Positions 36,676 through 46,071 of a stretch of 64,000 nucleotides of DNA are shown here, one piece after another. The notes under the pieces are model-generated. The model was not told the DNA's origin. It saw nothing but the letters and a program-made list of their open reading frames with translations, and did not search any database. The stretch's first letter is position 1. The number at the start of each line of letters is the position of its first letter. Origin of the DNA: a virus; IMG/VR virus record IMGVR_UViG_3300032805_000003, positions 1-64,000 of that record. One strand, 5' to 3'. Made by a program: the position numbers and the translations under genes.

Positions 36676-37370
36676 CGCTGATGTTTCCGCGTCGTCGTGC
36701 GGCGCGTCGTCGTGATCGGGGTCCGGCGATGTTCCGTCGTCGTCGGTGAACCGGTCCGGCGGAACCGATCCCAGGTCCGCGTGCGGGTCGACGAGCTCGC
36801 CGTCCTCCGTCAGTTCGCCGCGCCGGATCGCCTCATCCAGCGACAGCCACGCCTTCGGCCCGGGCCGGTACGAAAACCGGCCAGACGGCTCGTAGCGGGT
36901 CACCACAGCGACTTGCTCGCGTTCCCCGCTGCGCCGGCTGGCGACCTTCCCGTCGTTCTCCTCCAGCTCGGCCTGATACTGGGCCCGCACACCGGGCTTG
37001 ATCCGGGTGCCGACCAGATGCGGGAACCGGGCCGCGAGTCCCGGTCAGCACCGGGCAGCAGATAGTCCTCCAGGTCGCCGGAATCGTTCCCGGCGGCGAT
37101 CGCCAGAAGCGAGTCCTCGTCGACCGTGAACGTCGTCGTGCCCTTGTGAATCGAGATCGTCCCGATCTCAGTCCCGTCCGGCAAGATGACAGCCAGAGTC
37201 TTGTCCGCCTTCCGCCGCGCCGCGGCGAACACGATCTGCGCAGCCGCGCGAGCGCCTTCTTTCGCCCGTTCTGCCTGATCGGCCTGCCCGGTCTTGATCG
37301 CGACCCGCAGCGCGTGCCGCTGCAACACTGCCGGAGTCGGCGGCGTGACAGTCTCGTCCTGGCCGCTCAT
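36652..37370 (-). pseudogene. Frameshifted hypothetical gene downstream of ERF
   Basis: Coding-like frame switches near 37040 (…GADRD / LAARFPHLVGTRIKPGVRAQY…). Confidence 0.55.
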
Positions 37371-38458
37371 GACTGCTGCGCCTTCGCCTGCTTGGCGGCG
37401 GCCGCCAGCTGTTCCCGCCGCTTGGCGATGTCACCGAACAGCGCGTTGGCGGTCTGCGGGGTGATGTCTTTGCTGGCGATCGCCTGACCGATCTCGCGCT
37501 GTAGCTTCCGGACCGCGGCCTCGTCCGGGGCGTCCCACAGCTTCGCGGTGAACTCCTTCAGCCATTCCGGGTTCTCGCCCGGGCCGGCCACCGGTTCCGC
37601 AGGCTGGCTGTCGCTGGCCGGCCCGGGCATCTGGGGCTCGGCGCCGGGGTCGCCGGTTTCAGCCTGCGCAGTCTGCGCTTGCGCCTTCAGGCTGTTCACC
37701 CGCGCTGTGATCGCGTTCGACAGCACGTCAGCCCGCGCCTCGTCGATCTGGCCGTCTTTCAGCTGCTGGCCGATCTCCCGCCAGACTGCGGTAGCGTCGT
37801 CACGGCCGGTGATCTCGTCGATCTTCGGCCTCCACGGGTCTTCCGGATCCAGCGGCCTGTGCTGCGGCGCGGGCCGTTCAGCTTGCGATGACTGCTGCTG
37901 GCGACGCGGCCGGTTCCCCGGCGCCGGGGCCGCTTGATCGAACGACTCGCCGCGGCGGGACTGGCGGCGCGAAGAATGGTCCTGGCGCTCGGTCCCGGCA
38001 CCGTCCAGGTCCTCTTCGGCGACGATCCCGGTGACCGCGCAGAAGCAGTACCGCTTGGCGTAGGTGATCGCCCCGCCCAGCTTCTGCAGATCACCGCCCG
38101 ACAGGGGGAAGAAGCCGCGTTCGCTTTCGCCGGACGGGCCGTGCTTGAGCTTGTACCGGAGACCGAACTGGCCTTTGCGCATCGTCGGCTTGGCGATGTA
38201 CGCCAGCCCGTGCCGGCCCAGCAGCGGAAGCCCGGCGCGGTGGACGGCGGCCAGGTCGGCGTAGCTGTAGCTGAAGCCTTGCTTGCCGTCTTTGCCGGGG
38301 ATCGTCGCGTCTTTGTTCTTGTGGACTTCCGGCAGTTCCATCTGGAACGCCGCGAGGGCGTCGGCCAGGGTGTCGTGCTTGACGGCGGTCATCGCTGGCC
38401 GCGCCGGCGATGATTGCTCGGCGGCGGCGGTCTTGCTGCCGTTGGTGGTGGTGCTCAT
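37367..38458 (-). CDS. erf: ERF-family ssDNA-annealing recombinase
   Basis: ALAAFQ.E...V.K...YSYADL...GGAITYAKRY....VTGI..EEDLDG. Confidence 0.88.
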   Translation of the reverse strand: MSTTTNGSKTAAAEQSSPARPAMTAVKHDTLADALAAFQMELPEVHKNKDATIPGKDGKQGFSYSYADLAAVHRAGLPLLGRHGLAYIAKPTMRKGQFGLRYKLKHGPSGESERGFFPLSGGDLQKLGGAITYAKRYCFCAVTGIVAEEDLDGAGTERQDHSSRRQSRRGESFDQAAPAPGNRPRRQQQSSQAERPAPQHRPLDPEDPWRPKIDEITGRDDATAVWREIGQQLKDGQIDEARADVLSNAITARVNSLKAQAQTAQAETGDPGAEPQMPGPASDSQPAEPVAGPGENPEWLKEFTAKLWDAPDEAAVRKLQREIGQAIASKDITPQTANALFGDIAKRREQLAAAAKQAKAQQS

Positions 38459-38516
38459 GGTGAGCGCGCTCCCTTCCTGTAATCTGTGCCGGACGAGAAG
38501 TTGCGCTCCCGTCCGG

Positions 38517-38549
38517 CGTCCCCGGCCGACCTGACCCCGGCCGGGGACG
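38517..38549 (-). terminator. Hairpin between cro-like gene and erf
   Basis: CGTCCCCGGCCG / CGGCCGGGGACG. Confidence 0.6.
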
Positions 38550-38554
38550 TTGTG

Positions 38555-38803
38555 TTATCCGGTGCTGGTTTCCAGCAGGTCGTCGGTCTGGACGTCAAGC
38601 GCTTGCGCTAGCGCCAGCAAGCTGGCGGGCGCTGGCCGGATCCGGCCGCGTTCATAGCGGGAAATCTGGCCAGCTGTGACTGGCCGGCCGTCCTCGGCTT
38701 CAGCGCACAAGGCCGACAACTGCCGCAGCGTGAGACCGCGGCGAAGCCGGGCAGCCTTGATCGCCCGGCCGCTGACCTTTAGTTGATCTTGAGTTGCGGG
38801 CAC
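38555..38803 (-). CDS. Cro-like XRE HTH protein
   Basis: IKAARLRRGLTLRQLS...ISRYERG...LAQALDV. Confidence 0.85.
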   Translation of the reverse strand: MPATQDQLKVSGRAIKAARLRRGLTLRQLSALCAEAEDGRPVTAGQISRYERGRIRPAPASLLALAQALDVQTDDLLETSTG

Positions 38804-38950
38804 GACAGCAAACTACCGCTGGATAGCACAGAAAGCAACAGATTAAAACAGCTATCAGATAGCGTTCGTTGCTTTTTGTTGCTGGCCTGCGCTGAATGCG
38901 GCTATCCTGCGTCCGGAACGGGGTTCAGCAGACGGCAAAGGGCAGGGAAC

Positions 38951-39388
38951 ATGCCAGAGCAGACCCGGCAACGGGCCAGGCTCAATGCGCTGATGGAAGA
39001 CCGGCGCCTTGAGTTGCGCATGCGCTGGCGCGACGTCGCCACCAGCGCAGGCATCACCTACGAAACTCTCCGGGCTGTGCGCCGCGGCGGCCAGGAGATC
39101 CGGGACCTGACCAAGCGAGCCATCGAAGACGGCTTGCTGTGGGAACGCGGCTCAGTCGACACCATCCTCAAGGGCGGCGACCCGGTTCCGCTCGCCCCCA
39201 GCGCCGTGTCCCGCAGCCAGCGTTACGATGACCCGCGCCTGCAAGAAGTCTCGGATGCTGTCGCTGACATGGATCTTGACCCGGAGCTCAAAGCCGGCAT
39301 GGTCGCGTTCGCGATCGGCTTTTTCCGCCAGCAAGACACAGCCGCCAGCGCGGACGGCCGCCGGACTCGCGCTGGCCGGCCTGCCTGA
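38951..39388 (+). CDS. CI-like immunity repressor
   Basis: RRLELRMRWRDVATSAGITYETLRAV...IEDGLLWERGSVD; divergent from cro-like gene. Confidence 0.75.
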   Translation: MPEQTRQRARLNALMEDRRLELRMRWRDVATSAGITYETLRAVRRGGQEIRDLTKRAIEDGLLWERGSVDTILKGGDPVPLAPSAVSRSQRYDDPRLQEVSDAVADMDLDPELKAGMVAFAIGFFRQQDTAASADGRRTRAGRPA

Positions 39389-39431
39389 AAATCATGTCGC
39401 AGCGCGTAACCCGCTGTAGCATCCCGGTGCT

Positions 39432-39734
39432 GTGACCGGAACACCCGACGACTTGCCAGCCCGGGTCACCCAGCTGGAAAACCGCATGGCGATGATCGAA
39501 CGGTTCTTCCGCAGCATCGCCAGCGACGACGGCCCGAACGGCTGCCAGGTGATCAGAATCATCCTCGACGGCCAGCCGGTGACGGTGTCTGTCCCGGCTG
39601 GTGAACCAGTCGACCTGGACGCGATCTGCCTGGCTGTCCAGCAGCAACGGCAGTCAAGGCAGCCCGCTGTGTCGCCCGCCGACGAAAGGTACGCCGGCCT
39701 TCACCCGGTCAGCCCGCCGCCGGATATCGCCTGA
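39432..39734 (+). CDS. Hypothetical protein
   Basis: ORF downstream of repressor. Confidence 0.45.
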   Translation: MTGTPDDLPARVTQLENRMAMIERFFRSIASDDGPNGCQVIRIILDGQPVTVSVPAGEPVDLDAICLAVQQQRQSRQPAVSPADERYAGLHPVSPPPDIA

Positions 39735-39738
39735 GAAC

Positions 39739-40476
39739 TCAGGCGTTCATGTCCATGTCGTACAGAACCAGCAGCCCCGGACCCTGGAAACGTTCGACAG
39801 CGCCGTTGTCGAATTGCACTATCCACCGGCCGTCGTCGCCCCGGCCGGTGACCCGGCCTTGCCCGTAGTTCTCGGCGAACACCCGGGCTCCTTCCTCGAG
39901 CACCGGCTTCTCCCGGGTCATCCATACCGGCACCGGCGCCGAGAACATCTCCCGCGCCTCCGGATCCGGCCCGGCCGGGAGCCGGAACAGCGCGCCGGAT
40001 CGTTTCCCGGGGACTTCAGCGACCCGGACGAGCTCGGCGCCCTGGCGCTGGTACCAGGCCCGCAGCGGGGCGGCGTCATCCAGCCGGTACACATCCAGCC
40101 GCAGCCAGGGAATCCCGGCCTGGTGCGCCTGGTCTGCCGCCCACCGCAGCATCGGCCCGCCGAGTCCCCGGCCCCAGGCCAGGGATGTCGCCATCTTGGA
40201 GACGTACATCGCCGGCTCGGCCAGCTCTTCGCGGGTCCAGAAGCCCGGGTCGCCCTGCGGCGACAAGGTGATCGTCCCGGCGATCCGGTTGTCGTCTTCG
40301 CGCATCGTCAGCCAGGTCCAGCCCTGTGCGACGATCGACGCGACCCGGGCGTGCGAAACCAGGTCACCGTCCCACTGGCTGGATCCGCGTTCCCGCAGCC
40401 AGCTGGCGCGTTCTCGCAACAGCCGCTGGACGTCGAACCGGCGCCCGGAAGTAGCCGGGTACATGACATATCTCAT
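39739..40476 (-). CDS. GNAT-family acetyltransferase
   Basis: WLRERGSSQW, MYVSKM....GRGLG..MLRWA...LRLD..L..WYQRQG. Confidence 0.85.
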   Translation of the reverse strand: MRYVMYPATSGRRFDVQRLLRERASWLRERGSSQWDGDLVSHARVASIVAQGWTWLTMREDDNRIAGTITLSPQGDPGFWTREELAEPAMYVSKMATSLAWGRGLGGPMLRWAADQAHQAGIPWLRLDVYRLDDAAPLRAWYQRQGAELVRVAEVPGKRSGALFRLPAGPDPEAREMFSAPVPVWMTREKPVLEEGARVFAENYGQGRVTGRGDDGRWIVQFDNGAVERFQGPGLLVLYDMDMNA

Positions 40477-41240
40477 CCTGGTAGCTCCGCAATCAGCCGG
40501 GCCCGGTCAGCAGGCCAGATCGTTACCGTCAGCTTGAGCGGCCGCCCGTCGCCGGTCCGGCCGGTGGTGTACTGGACGATCACCGGAACGCCTTGCGGGA
40601 TCCGCAGCTGCTCGGCTTCGCCGCGGGTCGGCATCCGTGCCTCGAATTCGTAAACGAAGACGTCTTGCTCCAGCCCGTGCTCGCGCATCAGCAAGATCAC
40701 GCCCTGGGGCACGTCAGCCGGGTGCATGATCTGCGGGATCTGGCCGGCGACGTCCATCGGGTAGAACGTATCCGACAGGTTGTGCGGGTCGCCGTCTACA
40801 GTCCGCAGATGATGCCGGACCAGCACCGCGTCGCCTTGCTTGATCCCGAGCCGGCGGGCGACTTCCGCGTCAGCGTCGTCGATCCGGACCATGATCGCCT
40901 GCTGGCCTGGTTCGCGGCCCAGGTCCCGGACGTCTGTCATCCAGGCGTCCCGGCCTGCGCTGCGGCGCTGGTCCGCGCGGGCTCGCGTTTCGGACTGGGC
41001 GAACGGGACCGTCAGCGGTTCGTGTTTCCGGACGCGCCGTGGCCGGCCTTGCCCGGGTGTGGTGATCAGCCCGTCGTGTTCCAGGTCGCCGAGCGCTTTC
41101 CGGATAGTGTCCCGCGAGTACCCGTACCGGCTCATCAGATCCTGCTCGGACGGGAACGAGTCATCGGGGGCCAGGTCGCCAGCGTCGATGCGGTCACGCA
41201 GGTCGTCGTAGACCTCACGGCGCTTGGACCGTTCGGTCAC
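40473..41240 (-). CDS. GntR/HutC-family repressor with UTRA domain (KorSA/TraR-like)
   Basis: YDDLRDRI..G.L...FPSEQDL...YGYSRDTIRKAL..L..DGLI; UTRA ARMPT..EA..L.IP.GVPVI. Confidence 0.9.
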   Translation of the reverse strand: MTERSKRREVYDDLRDRIDAGDLAPDDSFPSEQDLMSRYGYSRDTIRKALGDLEHDGLITTPGQGRPRRVRKHEPLTVPFAQSETRARADQRRSAGRDAWMTDVRDLGREPGQQAIMVRIDDADAEVARRLGIKQGDAVLVRHHLRTVDGDPHNLSDTFYPMDVAGQIPQIMHPADVPQGVILLMREHGLEQDVFVYEFEARMPTRGEAEQLRIPQGVPVIVQYTTGRTGDGRPLKLTVTIWPADRARLIAELPG

Positions 41241-41286
41241 GCCGGCACCTCCGCCTCCGGTCACGGGGAAAGTCCGTACAAGTATC

Positions 41287-41345
41287 TTGCCACCTCCGCC
41301 GATCGCGGTTACCGTGTACGTACAAGCATGCATGGTACGTACAAG
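41287..41345 (+). promoter_or_regulatory. Transfer-operon promoter with two GntR-type operators
   Basis: TTGCCA-17-TACCGT; TGTACGTACAAG (41315) and GGTACGTACAAG (41334). Confidence 0.75.
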
Positions 41346-41426
41346 GTGGTCAAGGATGAACGGTCTCCCGCACATCACGATCTTCCACGGCTTCTGGGGC
41401 TGGAGCCAGATGCAGGAGACGTCCCG

Positions 41427-41981
41427 GTGACCGCTGCCGCCGAATGGGCCGTGCCCGCCAGGCCAGCTCTCACCCGTGTCCCTGACTTGCCCGAGCCGGA
41501 TGTCACCCGGGCGCTGGGCTTGATGCGCGAAGGCGTCCAGGTCCGCAGCATCGCCGTAGCCCTCGGCCGTACCGCCCAGGAGATCCGCGACGCCGGCATC
41601 GCTCACGGCTGGACCTGGTCGCCAGCCGAACGCCGGATGATCCGCGAGGGGATGACCTTGCCGCCGCCGCATGAAGGTGCCCGGCCAGCGCGCCACCCCG
41701 GGCCGGCCGCCCCGGAAACGCTCGCCAGGATCTTCGGGATCTTCTCTGACACTGCCGCCGGAGACCTGGCCTGGATGGACGACGGCTTGTGCGCCGAAAC
41801 CGACCCGGAAGCGTTCTTCCCCGAGAAAGGCGGGTCGACGCGGGAAGCCAAGATGGTCTGCCGGTCGTGCGAGGTCCGAGCCGAATGCCTCGAGTACGCG
41901 CTGGAGCGCGACGAGCGGTTCGGGATCTGGGGCGGCCTGTCCGAACGGGAACGACGCCGGCTCAAGCGCCAGCGAGCCTGA
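41427..41981 (+). CDS. whiB: WhiB-family regulator (WhiB/WhiB2-like) with N-terminal HTH extension
   Basis: LCAETDPEAFFPEKGGSTREAK.VC.SCEVRAECLEYAL..DERFGIWGGLSERERRRLK. Confidence 0.92.
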   Translation: MTAAAEWAVPARPALTRVPDLPEPDVTRALGLMREGVQVRSIAVALGRTAQEIRDAGIAHGWTWSPAERRMIREGMTLPPPHEGARPARHPGPAAPETLARIFGIFSDTAAGDLAWMDDGLCAETDPEAFFPEKGGSTREAKMVCRSCEVRAECLEYALERDERFGIWGGLSERERRRLKRQRA

Positions 41982-41995
41982 AAGGGAACCTGACT

Positions 41996-42454
41996 GTGCC
42001 AACCAAGATCGTTCACAACCAGCCGGCGCGGGTGACCGTCGAATACGGCAGCGGGCCCAGCGGCAGCACCGTCGCGCTGGTCGTCTTGCTGGTCGTCGCG
42101 ATGGCCGCCGCCGGCGGAGCCGCCCGCGCCGGGCATCTTCTCGACGGCGTGCTGCGCTTCGCCCTGATCGTAACCGCGTGCGTTGCTGTCGCCGGGCTCC
42201 TGATCCTGGCTCACCTGCTGCGGCGAGTGTTCTGGAACTATCACCGCCAGCGCGAGCAGGAAGCGCTGGCCGCGCAAACTCAGGCCCGCGAGATCGCCGT
42301 CCAGACCCGGACCGCGATAAGCCAGCAGGCTGCCGCTGCTGACGTCCCGGCGATCGCCCCCAGGTTCGACGCCGACACCGCCTACGTCCTGTCCGGCGAC
42401 GCCGTCCAGACCGTCCGGGTCGAACGCTTCCCGAAAGAGGAGGACACCCCGTGA
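41996..42454 (+). CDS. 2-TM membrane protein (transfer operon)
   Basis: Two hydrophobic segments; AAAGGG RBS. Confidence 0.65.
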   Translation: MPTKIVHNQPARVTVEYGSGPSGSTVALVVLLVVAMAAAGGAARAGHLLDGVLRFALIVTACVAVAGLLILAHLLRRVFWNYHRQREQEALAAQTQAREIAVQTRTAISQQAAAADVPAIAPRFDADTAYVLSGDAVQTVRVERFPKEEDTP

Positions 42455-42906
42455 ACATCCTCGCCGCCCTGGCCGCATCCGCCGCCGGCATCGTCGCTAT
42501 CGCTGTCGCGATGGTGGTCTCGATGCACTACACCCACCTGCCGTCCGGGCTGCACCCGTGGATCGCCCGCCTGATCATCGTGATCATGTACTGCGGCGGG
42601 TCGGTGATCGTCGCCGCCGGCCTCGGCTCGGTCGTCTCCGGCCTGATCGCCGACGCCGTCGACCTGATCGGCGGCCAGTACGCCGGACTGATCAACGTCG
42701 GCATCATCATCTTCGCGCTGGTCATGCTCGTCGGCCTGGTCGCCGAACTGATCTGGGCGCCCAGCACAGACGTGGCGATCACCGCCGCGTGCATCCCGCT
42801 GCTGCTGTCGCTCGTCGCCGGCGGGTTCATCCATCAGTTCTACCTGGACACCACCGCACCAGGCCAGCAGATCGCCGCCCAGATCATGGCCTGGGTCGCA
42901 GGCTGA
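42451..42906 (+). CDS. 4-TM membrane protein (Spd-like)
   Basis: GGAGG RBS; four TM helices. Confidence 0.7.
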   Translation: MNILAALAASAAGIVAIAVAMVVSMHYTHLPSGLHPWIARLIIVIMYCGGSVIVAAGLGSVVSGLIADAVDLIGGQYAGLINVGIIIFALVMLVGLVAELIWAPSTDVAITAACIPLLLSLVAGGFIHQFYLDTTAPGQQIAAQIMAWVAG

Positions 42907-42920
42907 AAGGACCATCACCG

Positions 42921-43814
42921 ATGCACATCTTCCTCGCTCTCGCGATCCTGGGGCTGGCGGTGTACGGCGCTGGCGCTATGACGACCCGCATGGTCCGGCA
43001 CGTCGCCAGCAGCGCCAGCAGCACCCCCGGCGCGAAGCGAGTCGCCGGCCAGGTCCAGCAACGCGGCCGCGCCGCCCGGGGTGCCGCCGGAACCAGAAGC
43101 AAGCAAGCTGCTCAAGTCGGCCAGCGGCGGATCAGCGAGATCTGGCATGAAGCGTTCGCTTTGAACTGGCTGGAGAAACACCGGGCCCGCCGGGCGGCGA
43201 ACCCGGGCAGCGTGCGGCCAGTCCGGCAGCGCGTCACTGAATGGATCGGCGCTCGCCGCAAGCCGCCAGCCTCGGGCAGTCAGCCACAGCAGCCGATCGC
43301 GCCACCAGGACCATCCAGCACGCTGGGCGGGGCCATGCCACCGCCCGCGGCCAAGCCTGCCGCCCCGGCCGCGCATCCCGCGCCGGCTACCCACTCGCCT
43401 TCGCACCCGCCGTCGACTAACGGAAAGGCTCCTACTCCGATGACCCAGCCCGTCAGCGCCCCCCCTGTCTCCGGAGCATCCGGAGACCTGTTCACCGCCG
43501 CCAACCAGCTCGTCGGATCCTCCCTCGCCGGCGGGATGCAGTCCAAGCGCCGCGGTGTGCACACCCTCGCCGAAGCAGTCGACTACTTCGCGAACCTGCT
43601 CCACCAGTTCTCGTCCCGGCTGGCCGAACCCGACCAGGGATATCCGGCGGCCGTGTGGGAGCCGATCGCCCAGGCTGCCGCGCATCTCAAGGGATGCGGC
43701 TCCAAGCTCGGCGAATCCGACACCGCGCTCGCCACCCTCGCGAACACGCCGATGGGCGACGTCGCGACCTCTACCGTCAAGTCGCCTCACCACGACCAGG
43801 TGAACAGTGAGTAA
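42921..43814 (+). CDS. Membrane-anchored protein upstream of TraB
   Basis: N-terminal TM, Pro-rich linker, helical C-terminal domain. Confidence 0.65.
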   Translation: MHIFLALAILGLAVYGAGAMTTRMVRHVASSASSTPGAKRVAGQVQQRGRAARGAAGTRSKQAAQVGQRRISEIWHEAFALNWLEKHRARRAANPGSVRPVRQRVTEWIGARRKPPASGSQPQQPIAPPGPSSTLGGAMPPPAAKPAAPAAHPAPATHSPSHPPSTNGKAPTPMTQPVSAPPVSGASGDLFTAANQLVGSSLAGGMQSKRRGVHTLAEAVDYFANLLHQFSSRLAEPDQGYPAAVWEPIAQAAAHLKGCGSKLGESDTALATLANTPMGDVATSTVKSPHHDQVNSE

Positions 43815-45858
43815 GACCGCCGCCCCCCCGCACCCGCCCCAGAGCTTGCCCGGCAAGCCCAGGTTCACCTGGCTCGTGCCGCTGTGGATGCGACGTCACC
43901 GGCATCTGACCGTGCCGCTCCTGCTTGTCCCGGCCGTCTTCCCGGCTGCCGGGCTAGCGCTGCACACCAGCCGCTGGCGGGCCGAAACGCTGATCGCCTC
44001 CGGTGTCGTCCTGGCCTGCGTCTGGTTCTTCGCCCCCCACAAATGGGACCGCCCGGCGGAACGCTTCTACGCGATCGCGTCCGTCGCCGCCGCCGGCGGC
44101 TGGCTGACGTTCGCCGCCTACCGCGGCTTCAGCCGGTGGACCTGGATCGCCGCCGTCGTCCTCGCCGCCCTCTGGGGAGTGCCGTGGTGGTGGCACAAGC
44201 GGGTGCGCTTGTACTCGAGCTCGGCCCGCCTGGTCCGGTCCTGGAACAGCTGGTGGCAGGCCAACTCGCATCTGTGGAACGGCCAGGGCTCTGGTGTGAT
44301 CGACCTTGACCCGCGCCGGGACGTCGAAGAGCTCCGGATCCAGCTGGTCCCCGGCGTCCACCATGCTGAGGTGGTCAAAGACTGGCTGCCGCGGATCGAA
44401 TCCGCGCTTCAGGGCTATGTCCGGCACGGGATGGTCCGCGGCCAGGTCGACCCGCGCAACCCGTCTCAGGCGCTGATCCAGCTGCGCCGCGAGAACCCGC
44501 TCCGCGACGACGTCGAATGGGATCCGAAGCAAGCCCCGTCGACGATCACCCAGCCGGCGCCGATCGGGAAACACGGCGCCGGTAACTGGGTCAAGACGTT
44601 GCTGCTGCGTAACTGGTTCGTCCTCGGGATGACCCGCTGGGGCAAGTCGAACTGGCTGTCAGCGTTCCTGGCTACCGTCAGCCAGTGCGACGACGCGCTG
44701 CCCTGGCTGATCGACATGAAAGGCGGCCGGGCGACCCGCCCCTGGCTGCCCGCCCTGGACTGGGCCGCGGTGACGATCGACGAAGCCCGCCTGCTGCTCG
44801 GCTGCGCGCTGGCCGAGATCCAGGCCCGCGCTGAAGACGCCGAATCCGAAACCGAGCAGCTGGAGCCGACCCCGGAAGTCCCGGCCCTGTTCGTGATCAT
44901 CGACGAGACGCATGAGGTGACGTCGCTGCCGGTCGGTGACACCGAATGCGCGGTCCAGCTGTCGCGGGTGGTATCCCTCGGCAACGGCCTGGCGGTCTAC
45001 GGGGTGGTGGCGACACAGTACGGGTCGCTGGACGAGTCGGTCCGGTTCGCCCAGACCCGCGCGAACCTGGACGGCCGGGTCTGCTTCCATGTCGCCTCCA
45101 GCCGCGACGGCCAGTTCGCGCTGGAAGACTGGGCGAAGCTGGACGCGTCCCGCCTGGACGTCCCCGGCTCGTTCTATTACCAGCTCGGCGCTCGGGCGTC
45201 TGTCGAAGACGCCAAAGGCCCGCACATGCCGCACGCTCTTGTCCGGATGATCGCCGCGGCGAACGGCAAGCTGCGGGCCAGCCGGCCGCCGCTGCGGCTG
45301 TATTGCGGTGACCGGCCGATCAGCGACCAGCCGGGTGCGCCGACCTGGCAGCAGGTCTACGACGACCGGTGGAGGCGGTTGCCGGCCAAGTTCTGGAAAG
45401 ACGCCCCGCAGTGCGACGGGCTGGCCGTCCCGGGCCCGGCCTCTCCCCCGGTCGCAGCCCCGGCACCGTCGCCGGCTGCAGCCGGGCTGGCCGCCGACGC
45501 CGCGGCGATCGCCGCCCGGATCGAAGCTGACATCGCCGGCACCCCGGATATCAACCCGGGGCAGCTGGCGCGGATCCCGTCCGAGATCGAGCTCGAAACC
45601 GAGACGCTGCGCAAGATGGCCATGTTCGCTCGCTTGCTGACCGACGCCGACCCGCACATCACCCCGAAGGATCTTGTGAGCAAGTCGGGGATGTCGCGGG
45701 CGTGGATCATGGCGATGCTGCCTGATCTGGTCACAGACGAGGTTGTGATCAACTCTGGCAAGGGCCAGTACCGGGCAGTGCCGGGTGCTGACGTCTGGGC
45801 TGCTATCGAGGCCATCCGGGACCGGCGGGCCAGGTCGCTGACCGGGGCGACAGCCTGA
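43807..45858 (+). CDS. traB: FtsK/SpoIIIE-like conjugative DNA translocase (TraB/TraSA type)
   Basis: N-terminal TM helices; Walker A GMTRWGKS; IDMKGG; Walker B LFVIIDE; VVATQ; C-terminal wHTH-like region. Confidence 0.85.
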   Translation: MSKTAAPPHPPQSLPGKPRFTWLVPLWMRRHRHLTVPLLLVPAVFPAAGLALHTSRWRAETLIASGVVLACVWFFAPHKWDRPAERFYAIASVAAAGGWLTFAAYRGFSRWTWIAAVVLAALWGVPWWWHKRVRLYSSSARLVRSWNSWWQANSHLWNGQGSGVIDLDPRRDVEELRIQLVPGVHHAEVVKDWLPRIESALQGYVRHGMVRGQVDPRNPSQALIQLRRENPLRDDVEWDPKQAPSTITQPAPIGKHGAGNWVKTLLLRNWFVLGMTRWGKSNWLSAFLATVSQCDDALPWLIDMKGGRATRPWLPALDWAAVTIDEARLLLGCALAEIQARAEDAESETEQLEPTPEVPALFVIIDETHEVTSLPVGDTECAVQLSRVVSLGNGLAVYGVVATQYGSLDESVRFAQTRANLDGRVCFHVASSRDGQFALEDWAKLDASRLDVPGSFYYQLGARASVEDAKGPHMPHALVRMIAAANGKLRASRPPLRLYCGDRPISDQPGAPTWQQVYDDRWRRLPAKFWKDAPQCDGLAVPGPASPPVAAPAPSPAAAGLAADAAAIAARIEADIAGTPDINPGQLARIPSEIELETETLRKMAMFARLLTDADPHITPKDLVSKSGMSRAWIMAMLPDLVTDEVVINSGKGQYRAVPGADVWAAIEAIRDRRARSLTGATA

Positions 45859-46048
45859 GGTGTCCAGGAGGCCGGACGGTGCCTGTCGCATCCCGCAGCA
45901 GGCGCCTACGCGCGCGCGCGCGAGTGGACATCCAGCTGGACACCAGCGCTGTCCAGCTGGACACCCCGCTGGACACCAGGGGACCGGATCAAACCAGCCG
46001 ATAGACACCAGCCCAGGGCAAAGCCGCCCGTAGACACCGATAGACACC
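45859..46048 (+). repeat. clt-like array of 8-bp TRGACACC repeats
   Basis: TGGACACC at 45937, 45958, 45970; TAGACACC at 46002, 46031, 46041; TGGACATC at 45925; inverted copy at 45859. Confidence 0.75.
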
Positions 46049-46071
46049 AGCAGAACAGAAGGTGAGGGATC

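Noticed and set aside
34954-36681. 575-aa + strand ORF
   Set aside because: Antisense shadow of the UvrD helicase, typical of high-GC DNA
40593-41426. Long N-terminal extension of the WhiB ORF
   Set aside because: Antisense to GntR and runs across the operator region; start at 41427 has an AGGAG RBS
41241-42491. N-terminal 417 aa of the 672-aa GntR ORF
   Set aside because: Low-complexity Arg-rich translation antisense to whiB; the real start is GTG 41240 with a GGAGG RBS
45859-46048. CRISPR or mini-array
   Set aside because: Units are only 8 bp with irregular spacing; better explained as clt/TRS
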